A stretch of 64,000 bases of DNA from Oscillatoria sp. PCC 10802 (GTDB taxonomy: Bacteria > Cyanobacteriota > Cyanobacteriia > Cyanobacteriales > Oscillatoriaceae): positions 4,222,977-4,286,976 of the forward strand of contig NZ_KB235948.1 of assembly GCF_000332335.1 (NCBI RefSeq), in the 5' to 3' direction. The position numbers and the translations under genes are program-made. Every line of letters begins with the position of its first letter. Within the stretch, counting starts at the first letter, position 1. Shown one piece after another: positions 17,895 through 27,341 of this stretch. The notes under the pieces are model-generated. The model had not been told where the DNA came from and did no database searches. It saw only the letters and a list, made by a program, of their open reading frames with translations.

Positions 17895-19433
17895 TTGTCC
17901 TTCTTGCCGGCCCGGTCACCAACAAATCATATAATTGCCTTTATGGATGTAAAGCTGCGCAAACCTATTTTAGTAGGGGGCATTGGCCTCTCCATGTCCC
18001 TGTGGCTGCTGGAAAGCGCCCACCACTCCGTGATGCAGCTGGGTGAGTGGGGGCTGCTGGGCGTGCTGGGAGCCGGTGCAGCCGCTTGGTGGTTCGGACA
18101 GCAGACGCCCCAAATCGCACCGGCATCTGCGCCCCTCGACCGGCAAGCTGTGGACAGAGCCATCGCCGCAGCCGAAACCGCCATCGCCCAACTGCAAGCT
18201 GAAACAGAAAACCAGCCCTCCGCAGACGCCACAGCCCTGATTGCCGCACTCCAGGAGCGGGTTGGCCACTTGAAAGCCGAGCTAGACCGGCAGGAATTGC
18301 GCCTAACGGTGATTGGCGGGAAAGGCACCGGCAAATCTAGCCTGCTGCAAGTATTGCAGTCCGAGTGGCTGCCGCAACACTGCAAAAACGCCAAATTTAC
18401 CGTCTCCACCGCCGAAACACCGGCACTTTTCGCTCAAAACGGCGACTCAGCCGCCCAAACCGCCGCAATCGAACAAGCCAAAGCCTCAGACTTGGTGCTG
18501 TTCGTCACCGCCGGCGACATCACCGATCCAGAGTACCAAACCCTGCAGCAGCTGACGAATGCCGGTGTGCGCACCCTGCTGGTGTGGAACAAGCAAGACC
18601 AATATTTGCCAGAAGAGCGAGCCACCGTATTGCAGCAGCAGCAGTACCGGCTGCTGGGAACTCTGGAATCAGCAGACGTGCTGGCGATTTCCGCCGCACC
18701 CGCGCCGGTGAAAGTGCGCCAGCACCAGCAAGACGGTTGCGTGCGCGAGTGGATGGAGCAACCGGCACCCGATCTGGCACCCCTCACCAGCCGGCTCAGC
18801 CAAATCCTAACAGAGAGTGCCGAAACCCTCGTGCTCGCCACTTCCATGAGAGCCGCCAGCAGCGCCAAAGCTGAAGCGCAAACCGCCCTCAATGGACTCC
18901 GCCGCGAGCGCGCCATGCCGGCGATCGAGCAATATCAGTGGATTGCAGCCGCTGCAGCCTTTGCCAACCCCCTTCCCGCCCTCGACTTGTTAGCAACCGC
19001 AGCGGTTAACGCCCAGCTGGTTGCCGATTTGGGCGCGATTTACCAGCAGAAATTCTCCCTGCAGCAAGCCCAAACTGTCGCCGGAACAATGGGGAGTCTG
19101 ATGCTCAAACTCGGCTTAGTCGAGCTGTCCACTCAGACAGTAGGGAGCGCCCTCAAGAGCCACGCAGTCACCTATGTTGCCGGTGGCGCGGTGCAGGGCG
19201 TCAGCGCCGCCTATCTGACGCGGATTGCCGGTTTGAGTTTGATTGAGTATTTCCAAGCCCAAGAAGCTGTGGCGGCTGATGGCCAGCCTTTGAATTTGGA
19301 CAAACTCAGCCAGACATTGCAAGCCGTGTTCCAGCAAAATCAGCGCATAGCATTTGTGCAGACATTTGTCAAGCAAGCGCTGGGGCGTTTAGCGCCCGAA
19401 TCGCCGCAGCCGGTGACTGTATCGCAGGCGTAA
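17895..19433 (+). CDS. P-loop GTP-binding protein with C-terminal hydrophobic (DUF697-like) region
   Basis: 512 aa ORF with a G1 motif at 18312-18335 (GGKGTGKS), then NKQD and an Ala/Gly-rich amphipathic C-terminus. Paralog of the ORF at 19877-21424. The true start may be the internal MDVKL. Confidence 0.55.
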   Translation: MSFLPARSPTNHIIAFMDVKLRKPILVGGIGLSMSLWLLESAHHSVMQLGEWGLLGVLGAGAAAWWFGQQTPQIAPASAPLDRQAVDRAIAAAETAIAQLQAETENQPSADATALIAALQERVGHLKAELDRQELRLTVIGGKGTGKSSLLQVLQSEWLPQHCKNAKFTVSTAETPALFAQNGDSAAQTAAIEQAKASDLVLFVTAGDITDPEYQTLQQLTNAGVRTLLVWNKQDQYLPEERATVLQQQQYRLLGTLESADVLAISAAPAPVKVRQHQQDGCVREWMEQPAPDLAPLTSRLSQILTESAETLVLATSMRAASSAKAEAQTALNGLRRERAMPAIEQYQWIAAAAAFANPLPALDLLATAAVNAQLVADLGAIYQQKFSLQQAQTVAGTMGSLMLKLGLVELSTQTVGSALKSHAVTYVAGGAVQGVSAAYLTRIAGLSLIEYFQAQEAVAADGQPLNLDKLSQTLQAVFQQNQRIAFVQTFVKQALGRLAPESPQPVTVSQA

Positions 19434-19440
19434 CGGCACC

Positions 19441-19556
19441 GGGCTTTAGCCCTAGTTTGTAGTTGGGCTTTAGCCCTAGTTTGTAGTTGGGCTTTAGCCC
19501 TAGTTTGTAGTTGGGCTTTAGCCCTAGTTTGTAGTTGGGCTTTAGCCCCAGTTATC
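19441..19556. repeat. Tandem array, 4.8 copies of 24 bp unit GGGCTTTAGCCCTAGTTTGTAGTT (contains 12 bp palindrome GGGCTTTAGCCC)
   Basis: Direct reading of the sequence. An inverted array is at 22255-22335 and a solo copy at 24065-24090. Confidence 0.9.
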
Positions 19557-19876
19557 GTTCCCAGCCTCAGGCTGGGAACAAGCCTCGGTCGGCTCTGCCT
19601 CCTTTCTACAATAAGCAGATTAAAAGCGCAACAGCTTATTATATTGCCCCAAGCGCCCCTAGTTTTTGGCTTCTATCTTTTATAGATAGTAACTTTGTAA
19701 GCCCCGCTATTATTATCAACCCCCCCATCTACATCATTATAGCAAAGGAATAAAGTTCCAGACTGATTCATAGACAGTTGATTGCCAGTCTCTCCAAAAT
19801 CTCTGCCAACTCTATATTAGCCGCAACTGGGCCTGTGTTTTTGGTTGGAGAAGTTATTTAGTGGACAGATCCGGAT

Positions 19877-21424
19877 GTGACACCACCGGCAGCCCCAGCC
19901 CCTTTAAGATTGAGAGAAAATAGAACTGTAGCCTCTCCTCCCTATCCAGCCTTGAATCACCCGCAACCCTCCCAACCCAACCCAGCCACCTCGCGCCAGA
20001 CACCGGCACGCACCAGCCGGCAAGACGCTGACTTCAACCGCGCCCGCGCCAGCTTGCGCCAGTCTCTCTCCTGGTACTCCCACGTGCGCCGGCTCAAACA
20101 GCACTCCCAAGACACAGAACTGCAATCCGCCCTGCTCAAACAGCTGGATATCCTGACCGGCATCCTCTCCAAACTTGACTGCAGCGTAATTCGCATCTCC
20201 GCCTTCGGGTTAGTCAGTCGCGGCAAATCAGCCGTCTTGAACGCCCTCACCGGCCAAAAAATCCTGCAAACCGGCCCGATCAACGGCGTCACTCAATGGC
20301 CACGTTCCGTGCGCTGGACGCCCCACCCCGACAGCAAAGTGCAAGTCGAATTAATCGACACCCCGGGGCTGGACGAAGTGGACGGCCAAGAGCGGGCCAG
20401 AATGGCCCGAGAAGTGGCCCGCCAGTCCGACTTAATTTTGTTTGTCGTCGCCGGCGACATCACTCGCACCGAATATCAAGCCCTGTGCGAACTGCGCCAA
20501 ACCCAGAAGCCGGTGATTTTAGTCTTTAACAAAATTGACCTCTATCCCGAACAGGACCGGCAAGCGATTTACCAGCAGCTGCAACAGCTAGCAACCGGTG
20601 CCGGTGCGGAACAATTTTCAGAACAATTTCCCAATGAAATCCAAGCGGCTAATTCCCCATCTCCCGATGATATTGTCATGGTAGCTGCAGAACCGGCACC
20701 CCTGTCGGTGCGCGTCGAGTGGCCAGATGGCCGCATCACCCATGAATGGGAGACACCGGCACCCCAAATCGCCGAACTCAAAGACAAAATCCTCGACATT
20801 CTCAACCGCGAAGGGCGCTCACTCTTGGCGCTCAACGCCCTCATGCAAGCCAGAGACGCCCAAGCAACCATTGCCGGCAAAACCGTAGAGTCCCGCCAAA
20901 AACAAGCGGAAGATTTGATTTGGGAATTTGCCAAATATAAAGCCGCAGCAGTGGCGCTGAATCCGATTGCCTTCTTAGATTTGCTCGCCGGCACAGTAGC
21001 GGATTTAATTCTAATTCGCTCTTTGGCGCGGCTGTACGGTTTGCCGATGACCGGCTACCAAGCTGGCAAACTTTGGAAGCAAATTATATTCAGTGCCGGT
21101 GGCTTGCTGCTGGGGGAAATGGGCAGCAGTTTGCTGTTCGGTGCCGGCAAAACTGCAGCCGCCCTCGCGCCGGCGGGGATTACCGCTTATGCCGGTGCGG
21201 CGATAGCCCAAGCTTCCCTTGCTGGTTACGGCACCTACACCGTGGGTCAAGCAGCCCAAGTGTACCTCGAACGGGGCTGCACTTGGGGCGCAACAGGCCC
21301 GGACACCGTGATTCAAGACATTCTCGATCGGGCGGAACCTAACACAGTCATCGCTCGTTTGAGGCAGGAATTTTCAGTTAAAAACGGTGCGAAGGCAGAG
21401 GGCGAGAGGGTTCGCTCCCGATAG
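19877..21424 (+). CDS. P-loop GTP-binding protein, paralog #2
   Basis: 515 aa ORF with G1 SRGKSAVLNALTGQ, DTPG and NKID motifs. It has a low-complexity Pro/Ala N-terminus, so the start is uncertain. Confidence 0.55.
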   Translation: MTPPAAPAPLRLRENRTVASPPYPALNHPQPSQPNPATSRQTPARTSRQDADFNRARASLRQSLSWYSHVRRLKQHSQDTELQSALLKQLDILTGILSKLDCSVIRISAFGLVSRGKSAVLNALTGQKILQTGPINGVTQWPRSVRWTPHPDSKVQVELIDTPGLDEVDGQERARMAREVARQSDLILFVVAGDITRTEYQALCELRQTQKPVILVFNKIDLYPEQDRQAIYQQLQQLATGAGAEQFSEQFPNEIQAANSPSPDDIVMVAAEPAPLSVRVEWPDGRITHEWETPAPQIAELKDKILDILNREGRSLLALNALMQARDAQATIAGKTVESRQKQAEDLIWEFAKYKAAAVALNPIAFLDLLAGTVADLILIRSLARLYGLPMTGYQAGKLWKQIIFSAGGLLLGEMGSSLLFGAGKTAAALAPAGITAYAGAAIAQASLAGYGTYTVGQAAQVYLERGCTWGATGPDTVIQDILDRAEPNTVIARLRQEFSVKNGAKAEGERVRSR

Positions 21425-21555
21425 AGGGGGAATTCCAGGAAGCCGGTGTCAATCTCTCGTGCCGGTCGGCCTGGAATTAGCTCTACTTTTTATCGAAATT
21501 TGCCGCTATAATATAAAGACAGTAAACTCTGACTCTAAGCCAAGAGAGGGCAACA

Positions 21556-21851
21556 TGGCTGAAGTAAAGATTAGATGCAAAGATGCAGATTCTTTAAGGT
21601 TGCTGGTTAAGGAAGCTCTAGCAGAAAGATTTCGAGGACTGGAAGATGGCATCCGGCGCACGGAGGAGCGATTGCGCGAATTTGAAGCCAAGTATGAGAT
21701 GTCTACAGAGGAATTCCTGCGCCGGTTTGAGAATGATGAGATTACCCACCGGCTCGACATGGAGTTTGACGAGTGGATTGGGGAATCTTGGATGCTGAAA
21801 CGGCTGCGGGAAGAAGTAGAGACGCTGAGAGGAGTCGAATTTGTTAATTGA
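21556..21851 (+). CDS. hypothetical small protein (first gene of overlapping two-gene module)
   Basis: 98 aa charged coiled-coil-like ORF. It is AT-richer than its surroundings. It overlaps the next ORF by 11 nt. Confidence 0.45.
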
Positions 21852-22248
21852 AGAATATTTTCAGCTCCTTCGTGAGGAGATAGAAGCCTGTACGGTGGTG
21901 CAGTCCTTCTACCTCACCCCTGACAGACGAAACGATTATGAAGGGTTTATTCGGGGAGAAATCAAATTTGCCGATGGTTCAGTTCTGTTATGGCGTGAGT
22001 TTGTGGATGTAAAAACGATTGTAGAGCGTGGCATGTACTCTTATCAGTACATGGATGAATCGAATAGTCTGATTTTTCGATATGACAATACCAAGCATCA
22101 CAAAAAGCTGAATCTCCTGAATTATCCCCACCACAAGCATGAAGGCAGTGAAGATAATGTCCTGTCTTCAAATGCTCCGCTGCTAGCAGATGTCCTGAAA
22201 GAAATTGAAAAATTACTGAGGGGTTATAGCAGTATTCACTTAGATTAG
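21841..22248 (+). CDS. hypothetical protein (second gene of module; possible TA-like pair)
   Basis: 135 aa ORF containing PHHKHEGSE. The tight overlap with the upstream ORF suggests co-translation. No motif is recognised with confidence. Confidence 0.4.
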   Translation: MLIEEYFQLLREEIEACTVVQSFYLTPDRRNDYEGFIRGEIKFADGSVLLWREFVDVKTIVERGMYSYQYMDESNSLIFRYDNTKHHKKLNLLNYPHHKHEGSEDNVLSSNAPLLADVLKEIEKLLRGYSSIHLD

Positions 22249-22254
22249 GACATT

Positions 22255-22335
22255 AAGGGCTAAAGCCCAACTACGAACTTTTGGGCTTTAGCCCAACTAC
22301 GAACTTTGGGCTAAAGCCCAACTACGAACTTTGGG
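22255..22335. repeat. Inverted copy of the 24 bp tandem array (GGGCTAAAGCCCAACTACGAACTT x3)
   Basis: Reverse complement of the 19441-19556 unit. Together the two arrays bracket about 2.7 kb. Confidence 0.9.
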
Positions 22336-22353
22336 AGCAACCGTTTATCTGCT

Positions 22354-23172
22354 TTAATCTGCGGTTTTTAATTCCCGTCCGGCATTGCCGGCAATCTCTG
22401 CGATGGCGTCTAAATCGGGGGCTGGCATTTGACTGTCCATACCCAGCCACAGGAGATATTCGATGTTGCCGGCGGGTCCGGTGACCGGCGACCAGGTTAA
22501 GCCGCGATATTTCCACCCTTGCGCGATAGCAAATTGCAAGACTTTGGCTATGGCACCGGCTTGGTCGGCTGTGTCTCGCACTACGCCTTTTTTGCCGACG
22601 CGCTCTCGCCCCACTTCAAACTGCGGCTTTACCAGCAGTACCGCTTCCCTCGGTGGCTGTAGGAGTTCCCACAGTGCCGGCATTACCTTGGTCAGGGAAA
22701 TAAAGGACAAGTCGGCGACGCCTAAATTAGCTAATTCATTATTACCATATAACTCATTTTTTGTCAAGTAGCGCAGGTTGGTGCGCTCTCGCAAAATCAC
22801 TCGCGGGTCGTTGCGGATGCCCCAGTCAACTTGTCCGTAGCCAACGTCAATGCCGTAGACGAGTTGGGCACCGGCTTGCAGGAGACAGTCGGTGAAGCCG
22901 CCGGTGGAAATGCCGCCATCGAGGCAAATCCGACCGGCAGCGGATATGCCAAAGACTTCTAGGGCTTTGGCCAGTTTTTCGCCGCCTCTGGAGACGTAGC
23001 GGCTGTGCTGTTTAATCTGTATCTCGGCGGTGATGTCAACTTCGGTGCCCGGTTTGTCAATGACTTGCCGGTTTACCATCACTTCGCCGGCGCGAATCAG
23101 CCGCTGCGCCAGCTGTCGCGAGGAGCACAGGTCGCGCTCTACTAATAGGGTGTCGAGTCGCTGTTTGGTCAA
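22354..23172 (-). CDS. tlyA: TlyA family rRNA (cytidine-2'-O)-methyltransferase
   Basis: 272 aa ORF with an N-terminal S4 domain (RLDTLLVERDL), an FtsJ-like fold motif GIDVGYGQ and a length typical of TlyA. Confidence 0.8.
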   Translation of the reverse strand: MTKQRLDTLLVERDLCSSRQLAQRLIRAGEVMVNRQVIDKPGTEVDITAEIQIKQHSRYVSRGGEKLAKALEVFGISAAGRICLDGGISTGGFTDCLLQAGAQLVYGIDVGYGQVDWGIRNDPRVILRERTNLRYLTKNELYGNNELANLGVADLSFISLTKVMPALWELLQPPREAVLLVKPQFEVGRERVGKKGVVRDTADQAGAIAKVLQFAIAQGWKYRGLTWSPVTGPAGNIEYLLWLGMDSQMPAPDLDAIAEIAGNAGRELKTAD

Positions 23173-23402
23173 GGAATCTGAATATTTAACTTAAGTTGCT
23201 ATTTATAAGTCTAAGCATCCAGATCCCCGCAAAGGGCTGGCACGGGGGCCTGCCCCTACAAGGGGGGGCTTTTCCCCCCTTTTTTAAGGGGGGGCTAGAG
23301 GGGGATCTGACTTGCAGCTTTCCGATTTGATTGCTGTAACTTTTGCTACAATTTTTCCAGAAACCAGAGGGTATAGTCCTGAAAGGCTAGGGAGAGATAC
23401 CT

Positions 23403-23822
23403 ATGTCAGAAGCGAACCTGACTCCGTGCGCGGAGGAACTCTACGGCTGGGTTTTGCGGCGAGAGGGTGCCGGTGGCAGGCAGAAAATTGACCTGCGGGA
23501 CTTTCGGGCTTGGGCGCAGGAGTATGGGGAGACACCCTACAGGGAGCGCGAGATTTTGCAGGCGCTAGGACAGCTGGAGGAATTGGAGTTAATCCAGGTT
23601 GCCAAAACGGAAGTGACGCTGGATGTCAAACCGGCAGCAAGGGGGTTTCCGGCGTCAGGCGAGGGCCCAAATCGATTGCGGCTGGTGTTCCTGTCAGTAT
23701 TGAGTTCTTTTGCGGTGGGGCTGACTCCTCTGGCGGTGGGTTTGGCCTTTCCCCGGACACAGCATCTGTTTCTCCCGAGCGCCCACGCTTGGAGTGCCTT
23801 GGCGGAAAAAGACGCAGGTTAA
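23403..23822 (+). CDS. hypothetical protein
   Basis: 139 aa ORF. The N-terminal 80 aa look globular and the C-terminal part is hydrophobic. Confidence 0.35.
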   Translation: MSEANLTPCAEELYGWVLRREGAGGRQKIDLRDFRAWAQEYGETPYREREILQALGQLEELELIQVAKTEVTLDVKPAARGFPASGEGPNRLRLVFLSVLSSFAVGLTPLAVGLAFPRTQHLFLPSAHAWSALAEKDAG

Positions 23823-24200
23823 TCCCACTGAGGGCGGTGCGGCGCGGTTGCTGTTGCTGCCGGTTGGGGTGCCGGTGGGAGACTTTTTCTAGTTTCTGTT
23901 TAATGACTTATTTTTTGAAATGCCGGTTGGAGGGGCGGTTAGAAAGCCGGGTTCCTGAAAAGCTGCTAGCTAATAATGCTGCTTGTCTGCCCTTTGGAGG
24001 CAGTCGCTTCTCTTGCTGCGCACACCGTCCCCAATGAAAATTCTGCGCCAGAACGAGTCCCGCCTATTGGGCTAAAGCCCAACTACAAACATGGACTTTT
24101 TCTCGCGTGCGGGGCGAGAGCAGCTGCTACCGCACCGGCAAGGGAGCAGGGGCGATAGCAACGGTCACTCGCCATTGGGCTCTCCGCAAGGGGGAGTCCG

Positions 24201-24710
24201 TTAGATATCCTGTTCGCTCAGCTCGCGAGTAATGTGGTCAAAGGGCTGGTCGAGCCAAGGGCCAGGCTCAATCCCAGCAGCGGCGACTTGTTGGCGGACA
24301 AGATCCTTGAGAATTTGAATCCCCACAACGGTCGGGCCAATGGGCACGCCCAGAGAATTGTAGGTTTCCCGCAGACCTTGCAGTACGCGCTCGTCGAGGA
24401 CGTCCGTATCACCGGCCACTAGGGCATAGGTGGCATAGCGGAGGTAATAGTCCATGTCCCGCAGACAGGCGGCGTAGCGACGAGTGGTGTAGGCATTGCC
24501 ACCGGGACGAATCAGTTCCGGCTGTTCTGCAAACAGCTGAGATCCAGCCTGCTTAACCAGACCGGCTGCGTTAGCATTGATGGCAGCGGCGGCCTGAACC
24601 CGTGCCGTGCCGGTGGCAAAATAGGATTTCAGCCGGTCAATGGCATCGCGGTCGAGATAGCGACCCGTTACATCGTAGTTTTTAATCAGGCTTGTGATTG
24701 CGTCCCGCAT
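24201..24710 (-). CDS. apcF: allophycocyanin beta-type subunit, most like beta-18 (ApcF)
   Basis: 169 aa ORF with MRDAITSLIKNYDVTGRYLDRDAIDRLKSYFATG...RRYAACLRDMDYYLRYATYALVAGD (chromophore Cys) ...ETYNSLGVPIGPTV. This is a diagnostic ApcB/ApcF-family sequence. Confidence 0.8.
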   Translation of the reverse strand: MRDAITSLIKNYDVTGRYLDRDAIDRLKSYFATGTARVQAAAAINANAAGLVKQAGSQLFAEQPELIRPGGNAYTTRRYAACLRDMDYYLRYATYALVAGDTDVLDERVLQGLRETYNSLGVPIGPTVVGIQILKDLVRQQVAAAGIEPGPWLDQPFDHITRELSEQDI

Positions 24711-25136
24711 TAAATTCTTCTCCCAACAACTTCAACAGCTTGGCTTAGCGACTCGTGACCGAAGTGGGCTCGCTGCCGGTAGCAGCGGCGCACTGACTTG
24801 CCCGCTCGGGCTGGGGCGCTATCCACCGGTCGGGCAGATAAGGCTCTGGGACAAGAGCAGCACCTGTTGTCCCGCTATTCCGAGGGGTCGTCTGATAGTT
24901 AGCCGATTGTAGTCTACTACAAAGCGCTCCCCAGAAACATACGGGATCGGGGCGGGCATGGGGCATGGGGGCAGCCGGCAATGGGGGCAGCCGGCAATGG
25001 GGGCATGGGGCTGGCCAACGCCAGCCTGTTTGGCAGCTCGCTCAATCCGCCGCGATTCTTAATCTTTTCTCTATGAGAGCAGAAGGGCGACTGTGGTTAG
25101 ATTCATCTTGGAATGTGATAGAACGCACAATAAATC

Positions 25137-25179
25137 GTATCCAGCGATACAAAATCCTGAAAGTCCCAGTCCGTAGGAT
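25137..25179 (+). promoter_or_regulatory. NtcA-activated promoter for glnA (GTAtccagcgaTAC, 23 nt, TAggaT)
   Basis: GTA-N8-TAC at 25137-25150 and a TAN3T -10-like hexamer at 25174-25179. This is the canonical cyanobacterial class II NtcA promoter geometry, about 60 nt upstream of the glnA ATG. Confidence 0.65.
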
Positions 25180-25241
25180 GATTCGGGTTCAACAGAATGG
25201 CGAGAGCTGAGCGATTAAGGACATAAGGTAAGGAGTCATTC

Positions 25242-26660
25242 ATGCCGCAAACCGCGCAAGAAGTCTTGCAGCTAATCCAAGAGCAAGATATAAAAATCGT
25301 AGACCTGAAATTTATCGACACGCCGGGGATCTGGCAGCACTGCTCGTTCTACCGCGACCTAATTGACGAGAGTGCCTTCGACGAGGGCGTGCCTTTCGAC
25401 GGTTCCAGCATTCGGGGCTGGAAAGCGATCAACGAATCAGACATGGCAATGGTGCCCGATCCGACCACAGCGTGGATCGACCCGTTCATGAAAGAGAAGA
25501 CCTTGAGCATGATCTGCAGCATCAAGGAACCGCGCACCAACGAGTGGTACAGCCGCGATCCGCGCACGATTGCTCAGAAGTCGCTCGACTACCTGATTTC
25601 CACCGGCATTGGCGACACAGCGTTCATTGGCCCAGAAGCGGAGTTCTTCATCTTTGATGATGTCCGGTTTGACCAAACCCAGAACACGGGCTATTACTAT
25701 GTAGACTCTGTGGAAGGTCGCTGGAACTCCGGTAAAGAGGAAAAGCCAAACCTGGGCTACAAACCCCGCTACAAGGAAGGTTACTTCCCGGTTGCGCCAA
25801 CGGACACGCAGCAGGACATCCGCACGGAAATGCTGCTGACAATGGCGGACTGCGGCGTCCCCATTGAAAAGCACCACCACGAGGTGGCCACCGGCGGGCA
25901 GAACGAGCTGGGCTTCCGCTTCGACACCTTGGTGAAGGCGGCTGACTACCTGATGACCTATAAGTATGTCATCAAGAACGTTGCCAAGAAGTACGGCAAA
26001 ACCGTCACTTTCATGCCGAAACCGCTGTTTAACGACAACGGTTCTGGGATGCACACCCACCAGTCCATCTGGAAGGATGGCCAGCCCCTGTTCTGGGGCG
26101 ATGGCTACGCCAACCTGAGCAAGACAGCGCTGCATTATATCGGCGGGTTGCTCAAGCACGCACCGGCACTGCTGGCGCTCACCAACCCCACCACCAATTC
26201 CTACAAGCGGCTGGTTCCGGGGTTTGAAGCGCCGGTGAACTTGGCCTACTCTCAAGGCAACCGCTCCGCTTCCATTCGCATCCCCCTGTCGGGTGCGAAT
26301 CCCAAGGCCAAGCGGCTGGAGTTCCGCTGTCCCGACGCCACCTGCAACCCCTACCTGGCCTTTGCGGCGATGCTGTGTGCCGGTTTGGATGGCATCAAGA
26401 ACGAAATCGATCCGGGCGAGTCTCTGGATGTGGACATCTACGACCTGACCCCAGAAGAACTGGCCAAGGTGCCCTCCACTCCTGGCTCCCTGCTGGACGC
26501 TCTCAAGGCGCTGGAAGCGGATCACGAGTTCCTGCTTGCCGGTGGGGTGTTCACAGAAGACTTCCTGACCACCTGGATTGAGTACAAGATTGACAACGAA
26601 GTTAACCCGATGCGGCTGCGCCCGCACCCCTACGAGTTCTCGCTCTATTATGATTGCTAA
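25242..26660 (+). CDS. glnA: glutamine synthetase type I
   Basis: 472 aa ORF with GS-I motifs [25 protein letters not shown] and [10 protein letters not shown]. Confidence 0.9.
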   Translation: MPQTAQEVLQLIQEQDIKIVDLKFIDTPGIWQHCSFYRDLIDESAFDEGVPFDGSSIRGWKAINESDMAMVPDPTTAWIDPFMKEKTLSMICSIKEPRTNEWYSRDPRTIAQKSLDYLISTGIGDTAFIGPEAEFFIFDDVRFDQTQNTGYYYVDSVEGRWNSGKEEKPNLGYKPRYKEGYFPVAPTDTQQDIRTEMLLTMADCGVPIEKHHHEVATGGQNELGFRFDTLVKAADYLMTYKYVIKNVAKKYGKTVTFMPKPLFNDNGSGMHTHQSIWKDGQPLFWGDGYANLSKTALHYIGGLLKHAPALLALTNPTTNSYKRLVPGFEAPVNLAYSQGNRSASIRIPLSGANPKAKRLEFRCPDATCNPYLAFAAMLCAGLDGIKNEIDPGESLDVDIYDLTPEELAKVPSTPGSLLDALKALEADHEFLLAGGVFTEDFLTTWIEYKIDNEVNPMRLRPHPYEFSLYYDC

Positions 26661-26686
26661 TCTAGGGAATTCGTGAACTTCTTAAG

Positions 26687-26716
26687 GACGCCACCTTGCG
26701 GGGTGGCGTTTTTTTG
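26687..26716 (+). terminator. rho-independent terminator after glnA
   Basis: Stem GACGCCACC/GGTGGCGTT with loop TTGCGG, followed by TTTTTTTG. Confidence 0.7.
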
Positions 26717-26875
26717 TGATAATGGGGTATGGGGGATGGGGTATGGGGTATGGAGCGCTGTAAAATAGTAGCGTTCCGCCCTAAAATACAGGCAGTATTT
26801 GTGCGGAGCCGGTTCCAGGCGGAACGCACCCTACTGTAAATTTAGTTGAAGGCCACAAAAAAAGGGAAAATAAGT

Positions 26876-27334
26876 ATGGCGTCAGAACGTTTCAGAATCA
26901 ATAGTCCTAAAGTTGTCCATGAAATTATTGACGGTGAAGTCGTAATTGTCCATCTGGTGAAAGGGCATTATTATAGCCTGGTCAAAACAGGGGCGGAGAT
27001 TTGGAGCGGGATTGAAAGAGGCATTTCTAGGAGCGAGCTTGTAGAAGAGATGGTGCGGCGGTACGATGGGGAGCCGGCAGATATTGAAAAGGCGGTCAAC
27101 AATATGATAGAACAGTTGCAGGAGGAGGAACTGATCGCTGTCGCACAGACAGAGGAACCGGACAGCGCGACTGTAGCCGCCGGCGCAATCGAAGCGAAGG
27201 CGAATCCAGAAAAGTTGAGCTTTGAGCCACCAAAGTTAGATAAGTACACAGATATGGAAGATTTGCTGCTGTTAGACCCCATCCATGAAGTGGATGAAAC
27301 CGGCTGGCCCAATGTCAAGCCGGCGGCTGTGTGA
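26876..27334 (+). CDS. PqqD-family protein (stand-alone RRE/peptide chaperone, HprK-kinase-associated type)
   Basis: The PqqD-like core is VHEIIDGEVVIVHLVKGHYYSLVKTGAEIWSGI...VEEMVRRYDG. Start taken at MASERF. An acidic C-terminal tail follows the core. Confidence 0.65.
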   Translation: MASERFRINSPKVVHEIIDGEVVIVHLVKGHYYSLVKTGAEIWSGIERGISRSELVEEMVRRYDGEPADIEKAVNNMIEQLQEEELIAVAQTEEPDSATVAAGAIEAKANPEKLSFEPPKLDKYTDMEDLLLLDPIHEVDETGWPNVKPAAV

Positions 27335-27341
27335 AATACCG

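Noticed and set aside
17927-18916. Several 80-170 aa ORFs on both strands inside 17895-19433
   Set aside because: They overlap the GTPase gene in alternative or antisense frames, and their translations are low-complexity (Arg/Pro/Ala-rich).
23260-23292. G7-CTTTT-C7 hairpin followed by T-run, considered as a terminator
   Set aside because: It lies upstream of the tlyA start on the opposite strand and downstream of no plus-strand gene, so a terminator role is unsupported. Noted only as a structured G/C-tract.
25437-26627. 396 aa ORF on the minus strand
   Set aside because: Entirely antisense to glnA. It is a high-GC antisense frame with Arg/Gly/Val-rich low-complexity translation.
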